This document shows positions 57,364 through 64,000 of a stretch of 64,000 nucleotides of DNA, piece by piece. The stretch lies in the NCBI RefSeq assembly GCF_038025025.1, contig NW_027117344.1:124001-188000 (forward strand), given 5' to 3'. The first letter of the stretch is position 1. Every line of letters starts with the position of its first letter. The notes under the pieces were generated by a model. The model was not told the origin of the DNA. It saw only the letters and a list, made by a program, of their open reading frames with translations, and made no database searches. Made by a program: the position numbers and the translations under genes. Source of the stretch: Phyllosticta citribraziliensis. Lineage: Eukaryota.

Positions 57364-60045
57364 GAGGTGAGAGGTGAGGTAGTGTGGTAGACGAGTGGTA
57401 GAGATGGCAAAACTGAACCGAAGCCGCCCAAGGATCAAGTCAAACGGGAGACGGACCGCCCGAAAAGGAAAACACGTCGTCGCAGCGTAGGTCTTGTAGA
57501 TAACTACAGTCGATGGATGGATGATGGCTTCGCGTGCCGGAGCGCCGGGAGCTTGAGACTTGGCGCGTGTCGCAAGGGAAGACGAGGGAGAAGAGTCAAG
57601 CCAGGCTCAGGCCTCGAGCTGTTCAGTCCTGGTCTCTTCACTCACTCTTCATTCAATCTGATGACCTGCATCATCTTCGTTCTCTCTCTACCTCTCCGTT
57701 CTCCCTCCTCGCATCTCCCCTCCCCCTCCCTCCCATCTACCACCACCACCACCACCACCACCACCAACACCGCCCACCCGTCTACCTCGAAGCTTGACTC
57801 CATCGCCTCTCTCCTCTCCTCTCCTCTCGCCCGTGCAACCTGGCCCTCGTCCTCTGCCCGTGTCATCTGCTCCGCCGTCTGCAGGGTCTTGCCCGCACCT
57901 CCAATCGGCCTCCGCTATGCGCCACACGTTGACATCAACCGTTTGCCCGCGAATCACCTCCCGCGTCCTTGTGACTGGCCTGCTCTCGCAAAGAATCAGA
58001 TACCCTACCGTCCATGCGATAACGACCACCCTGTCAAATCCCCCCGTCCATCATCAATCATCTTTGACCTCTTGTTCGTTCTCCATCCGTTTGCCTCTTT
58101 TCTGCGCAACGCCTGCCTGCCTGCCTGCCTGCCTGCCTGCCGACCTGCCTTGCCTTGCTTCGCTGCGTCCCGAGACGAGGGGGCCCGCTCTCTCGATTCG
58201 GCCACCATGCATCGACGCTCTACCGTAGAGGAATGTCAAGCCTGCAGTCATCTGACCAAGTCGCCGGTACGGGCGCTGCCTTCCAGCCTCTTGGAAACAC
58301 GATGCGATGCGATCAAGAGAAAATCCACTCTCCTCCACTGCTCAGTTACTTTCGTTGGTCACTCCCCTTTTTATCCATCCATCATCCCCATCCCGTCATC
58401 GAATCTCATCTCGGCCGGCCCGACCAGCTGCTGCTGTGGTCGTGACCGACGGCCGACGGACCGCTAGCCATGCAATATTCCTACACGAGGCGGCCATCTC
58501 CGGCCGTCGCGCCTCTTTTTCTTCTCTCTCGTCGTTGCCTCTCCCTGGTCGTCTCTTTGCTTTTCCTTTTCGCCTCCGTGCTGCTTCCTTCCTTGCGCGC
58601 CACGAACTACCGAAAACCCGGGAATGCTTTTTTGGGCACCCTCCCACACACACACACCGTTGGCGGGCTGGGCTGGGCCGGGCTGGGCTGTGCTTGATCC
58701 AGTAATCGTCAAGGAATCCGTCAAGCCTCTTGGGGAGCGGAGGGAGGGAGGGGGGCGCGTCGTTTGTCCATCTGCGTGTCTCAGGGCGCAGGCTGCTGCT
58801 GCATTTGCCTCCCCCCTGCCACCTGCGCGTCGCACAAAATGGGCGGTGTGTTTGCAGTAACTAGCTAGCAGACTGATTGTCACTCGCCGCCGCTGGAGTC
58901 GACTAGTTGGGTAACCGACTACGTATGTACAGGTGGGTAGGTAACTACGGAAAGTTGTCTGCTGTGCTGGTTGATGGGCTGGGCAAGGGTGACGGAGCAT
59001 TGCCTGGTTGCTGGACTGGCCGATGTGCTTGCTGCCTGCGGGCGTGACGACTGACGACTTGCTCTTCTCTTCTCTTCCGTTCTCCTTTGCCCTGGGACGT
59101 CGTTTATGCTGTCGGACGTCCATCTTTCTCTCTCTCATGCGTCCTTCTTCCACTGAACAGCTCTCTAACCACCGCATCCCATCACCATCACCATCATCGC
59201 GCCCACACAAAAACATCCCCTGTCGTCATCCCCAGCATCCAAGTTCCTGCCCTAGCTCAAGTCAAAGCAAAGCACCGGTACCTACCTACGTACTCACCTA
59301 GCTCTACTCTAGCTTGATGTTCTGTTCTGTCCTGGATGTCATGTCAGTGTGACCCCCATCCAGCCGTCAGCCCTCCCTCCGCAGCCAAAGCAGCCAAGAT
59401 AGCTAGCCCATCCATCAGTCTGTCAATCCGTCACTCTGTGCCTTGCAAGTAGGTCTGCCAACGAACCCCCCGTCTGCGCGCTACACACCCGCCCACCACC
59501 ATCTCACCCATCTCCCTCCGTTCGAGGTGGTGGTGTGTTCTGCCTACATGGCTGGCGACCTGACTAGCTTTGGCGCCGACGCGTGTCCTGCATACGTACG
59601 GGGGGAACCTGTCAACCTACACACCCCATCCACCCTGATCTAAAGTGACCCAGCCGCTCGGAAGCGCTTGTTCAATGTTGGCGCTGTTTAGCCTGGCGGA
59701 CTGCTTCGTAGGTATGTAGACAGTGTGAGGGTCAGGGTCGCCAAAAAGGCCGCGTCGGACACTGGCTGCACGGCGTTACTGCACGACATCACCGCACGAC
59801 ATCGTGGTATCCGTCTGGCTGGCTGGCTGGCTGTAGTTGGTGCTGGTGGGGAGGCGATGTTGTCGTCGTCGTTGTTGTTGACGAATGATGAGAGTGAGCG
59901 GCCGTCTGTGAGGCACACATGAGAGTATGTCTACCACGTACAGCGCCCTTCTTTTCTTCCCTTCCGCTTCTACATTCTCACCCTGTCATCTTCTCAATCA
60001 AGCGCACCCGCCTATATACAGTGTGCGATAGGCGTCGCACGGCAT

Positions 60046-60046
<1 letters not shown>

Positions 60047-60088
<42 letters not shown>
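60047..60088. repeat. (CT)21 microsatellite
   Basis: Direct observation. Confidence 0.95.
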
Positions 60089-60090
<2 letters not shown>

Positions 60091-61337
60091 CCACCTACCT
60101 GCAACACTGCAACACTGCAAAACCGACCGCTCTTCTGCGTTCTGCTCTGCTCGCTGGTTGTGTAGGCCAGGCAGGACGACTTAAAGAATAGCTGGCGGAC
60201 AGAAAAACAGACAGGCGGATTGATAGATAGATAAACGTTTCTTTGGCTCCAGAGCAGAAAAGGGCGGGACGGAATAATACTTTCTTATACACACCACGAG
60301 GCCATGCGACATGCGAGCGGCGGGTTCATGAGACTTCTTCTTCATCATCATCATCTTCATCATCCACAGAACTGCCATTCCGCATCTTCCCTCTCCCCTA
60401 CCTACTCGCAAGACTACAAGTCCTTCTACTCCCCCATCCACCCGTTGCCCAACTGCCCAACTGTCTGCCCACCCACCTGCCTTACCGCATCAGAGACCCT
60501 CTGACTAAGATACCGAACACCGAATTACTAAACATGGCCGCAAATGGCGTGCGCACGCGCCCGCGCGCCCGCCCGCACAAGCAAGCCCCCCGCTCTCGCC
60601 CTCTCCCCCTCCCTCCCCCGGGGCAGGTCCGTCCGATTTGAGATGGCCCAGTCTAGCCTAGCTGTACCGAGTAGCTGGTAGGGTGAGTGGTCAAGGCCGC
60701 ACGGCGCACTCTATCTCTGGCCGTGCAGCCCGGCGGAAAAAGAGACAGACGTCGTGTGCGCGCGTGTGTGCACGACAGCGAGGCATGTATGTAGTCATGT
60801 CGTCAAGCGGACGAGAGATAAGATTGGATGGATGGATGGATGCAGGCGGACATGTAGCTGTCGTGCATGCGTGCTGCCGCCGCAGTGCAGAGAGACTGGA
60901 AAACAGGGACCGACCGGTCAAGGGTTTCTGCAGCGGGGGCTGAGACATGACAGGACGTCTGACGGGGAGTCGAGCGTTGCGACTTGCGGCGGCGGTTCAA
61001 GCGAGAAACATTTCGAGAGGGAGAGAGAGTGCAGAAAAAGCAAAGTAGAGGTTCGGTTGGGCTACGGAGCCGTTTGATAGGGGTGTTTGTAACGTGCAGC
61101 AGCCATGCTGACGTGCCCACCGCCGTCAGAGGAGGGAGGACCCGGGAAAAGTACAGGTAGAGGTCGTTGGTTGAACGGTTCGTTTCCCACGCCGCGGGGC
61201 GCCACCACGCACCGCCTCGATCCAACGCCAGCCAGCCAACAACGCCGTCCATGTGAGCGATATGCACGCATGGCATCATGCCCTAGCCAGAAAAGAAAAA
61301 AGCAGACGACGGACTCTCGGAGCAGAAAGGGTTCGTT

Positions 61338-62101
61338 TCACTTGCGGGGCCCCGTGGGCGCCAGGCCAGGCACGCCGCTGTAGCGCTCCTCGCGCTCCGT
61401 CTTGAAGAGAATCTGGATCCAGTACTCCTTCTGGTCCTCGTCGTACCACGACCAGAAGCGGCCGTCGCGGCGGTCTACCTCGCGCGCCTGCAGCTTGAAC
61501 GCGCACGTCTCGTACGGCTCGGCTGCCACCAGCAGGTACTGGAACGACTTGTCCGGCTCCTCGACCTTTTGCTCAAACGCGCTCATGAAGCGCACCCGCG
61601 GCGTCACGCCCGCCGAGATCTCCGGGTATTGCAGCTGGAAGAGCAGCCCGTTCTGCCGCGTCAGCGGGTCCCGGATCTTGGTGATTTTGTAGCCCGGCCG
61701 CCCGATCTTGACCACGTTTTTGCGTATAGCCACGGCGCTCTGCCCCATGCCTGGCATCAGCGCGTCCTTATCGCGGCCTTCCTTTTGCTCGCGCGCGGCG
61801 CGGCGTGCCAGGTTGGTCTGATGCTTGCGGCCCTGCGTGTGGGCGAGGTACGAGCCATCGTTCTGGTGGACCGTCAGGCAGAGACGGCATTCGAAGCTTC
61901 CGACATGGTTCTTGAAAAAGTACGGGTCCTTGTCGAGGTCGATGGTCTCGAGGGCGAGCTTCCTCAGGCGCTCGCGACGGTCGGCATTGGTTGCGGATGC
62001 CGATGCGACGCCGCCGCCGCCGAATTTGGAGCCGGCGCGATTCTGTAGAGCTGTTAGAGGTGTTGTTGCGAGTGAAGGGTGTTGCGCACCTGGTAATCCA
62101 T
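61338..62101 (-). CDS. PRP11: Splicing factor 3A subunit 2 (SF3A2/SAP62/Prp11)
   Basis: MDYQ|NRAGSKFGGGG...RRERLRKLALETIDL...ECRLCLTVHQNDGSYLAHTQGRKHQTNL matrin-type finger. True start at 62101 with an intron at 62043-62089. Confidence 0.95.
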
Positions 62102-62414
62102 GGTTCAGAGCTTGGCGCAAGGAACGCGCGAGAGTGTGCTTGTAGATCTGGCTCAGCGGTTCGCAAGAGGTATTCTGTACTGCGCCAGATGGGATTGTCA
62201 ACGTGTGGCGCGTCTTGGTGTTGAATCGACAGCTGCGGCCAAGAGAGATGGCGGACACGGCCGTGCAGGATGAGTCAGCGGTGCAAACAGATCAAACACG
62301 TCCGGGCGACGCCTCCAGAAAAGTCGACGCGCTCCAACCACAAACAACAGCCGGCGCATCACTGGACCGCAGGCCCACCTTGACGACCTCGTCAAAATAA
62401 CCGGCCACTCCGCC

Positions 62415-64000
62415 ATGACCAGCCTGAAGCGATCGTTTGCGGCCGATGCTGCCGCGTCCAACCTGGCCAGCAAGGTCTACGTCAGGTCCACCCGAAGCGG
62501 CAAAGTCCAAAAAATCGTGAGAGAGGTCTACCTCAGACAAGATATCCCATGCTCGTCGAAACTTTGCACTTCGTGCCTCAATTCTGCGCCAAAGGACTAC
62601 AACAACAACAGTGGGTTTGCCGCTCGCTTTTGTTTCGAATCTAATCCCTGGCAGTCTCTCCCTTTGTGCTCTCCGAGAGGCCCGCGGGCACCAAATCATT
62701 TCCAAATGGCCACTATCTAGTCCCCGACACCAACGCTTTCCTCACTGGCATGGACCTCTTTGAAAATGAAACCGCCTTCCACGACGTCATCGTCTTGCAG
62801 ACTGTGCTTGAAGAAGTCAAAAACAGATCACTCCCTCTCTACCACCGTCTCATCAGTCTCACCAAAAACGAAGACAAGCACTTCTACGTCTTCTTCAACG
62901 ACTTCCGTCTAGAGACGTACGTCACCCGGGAAGAGGGCGAAAGCATCAACGACCGCAATGACCGCGCAGTCAGAAGAGCCGTGCAGTGGTATCACGACCA
63001 CCTCCAACAGGCTACTGGCGGCCGCAGGAAATGCCCCGCAATCGTGATGCTCTCCGACGACAAGGAGAACCTCCGCAAAGCCAAGGCCGATTCCCTTTCG
63101 GCCCTGACCATTTCCGAGTACGTCTCTGGCTTGCCCAATGCTGACCAGCTGCTCGACATGGTGGCCGCAGGCCAGGAGCAACGCGAAGTCCGCCAGGCTC
63201 AGGGCGAGTGGCTTTACCCAGAGGTGAGTCTTTTCCGCGTGTCTTGTGCGACGCTAATTTTTGCAGTACTTCTCCATTTCAAAAATGATGACTGGCGTCA
63301 AAGCGGGAACTTTGCACCAAGGCATCTTCAACGTCTCTCCTTACAACTATCTAGAAGGCTCCGTGCACGTGTCCACTTTTGAAAAGGCGCTTCTGGTCCT
63401 CGGCAGAGAAAACAGCAATCGTGCCGTGTCGGGAGACGTCGTGGTTGTCGAGGTGCTGCCCAAGGAGCAGTGGAAAGCTCCGTCTTCCAAGATTATTGAA
63501 GAAGAGACTCTCAATCGGAACGAAAATGCCGAGGCGGAGGAGGGCGAGGCTGTCGTCACGGAGCGCGAGAGGCGAGCGCTGCAAGAAGAGGTCAAGAGAG
63601 TACACGGCAAGAGTGCCGAGGGCAGGCCACAGCCAACAGCTCGCGTCGTCGGAATCATCAAGAGGAATTGGCGGCAATACGTGGGCCACGTGGATAAAGA
63701 TTCGGTCAAGTCGACAGCAAAACAGAGCCGCACGCAGCAGACAGTCTTTCTCATTCCCATGGACAAGCGCATCCCCAAGATTCGGGTGCGCACTCGACAG
63801 GCGGGCGAGATGCTGGGCAAGCGAGTGTTGGTCACAATCGACTCTTGGGATCGAGAGTCGAGGTACCCCATGGGTCACTTTGTGAGGTCGCTCGGCGAGC
63901 TCGAGTCGAAGGGTGCCGAAACAGAGGCGCTGTTGCTCGAATTCGACGTCCAGTACAGACCTTTCCCCAAAAGTGTCCTGGATTGCCTGCCGGCAGAGGG
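62415..64000 (+). CDS. DIS3: Exosome catalytic subunit Dis3/Rrp44 (5' part, truncated by the window)
   Basis: KIVREVYLRQDIPCSSKLC CR3 motif, PIN domain (PDTN, QTVLEE, ESINDRNDRA), cold-shock region NRAVSGDVV. Introns 62611-62654 and 63224-63266. Confidence 0.96.

Noticed and set aside
56900..61300. Many ORFs in the microsatellite-rich NPL6-PRP11 interval
   Set aside because: Low-complexity translations of simple repeats with no domain evidence.

Overview
Intron-rich filamentous ascomycete (Pezizomycotina) DNA, judged from the short GT(A/G)AGT..CTRAC..YAG introns and the gene content. Conserved genes: an AA1 laccase, a C2H2+Zn2Cys6 TF / MFS / metallo-beta-lactamase trio, a Cdc11/Nud1 SIN scaffold, NPL6/RSC7, SF3A2/PRP11 and the 5' part of DIS3/RRP44. 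Two locally amplified gene families are interleaved with them. (1) Seven diverged paralogs of a Ded1/DDX3-like DEAD-box helicase (H1-H7; about 3.3, 11, 14, 16.5, 24.5, 27.5 and 48 kb). They share two intron positions but have eroded DEAD, SAT and motif VI residues, so they look like pseudo-helicases. Two carry an N-terminal ZZ-type zinc finger, two lack the second RecA domain, one has a nonsense codon, and four share a conserved upstream non-coding element. (2) Four tandem small orphan genes (A-D, 39.8-44.5 kb) with matching intron phases. The 3' region of copy A holds five mutually homologous ~60-nt intron-shaped repeats separated by unique 64-79 nt segments. All gene models were spliced by eye, no database search was possible, and novelty is untested.
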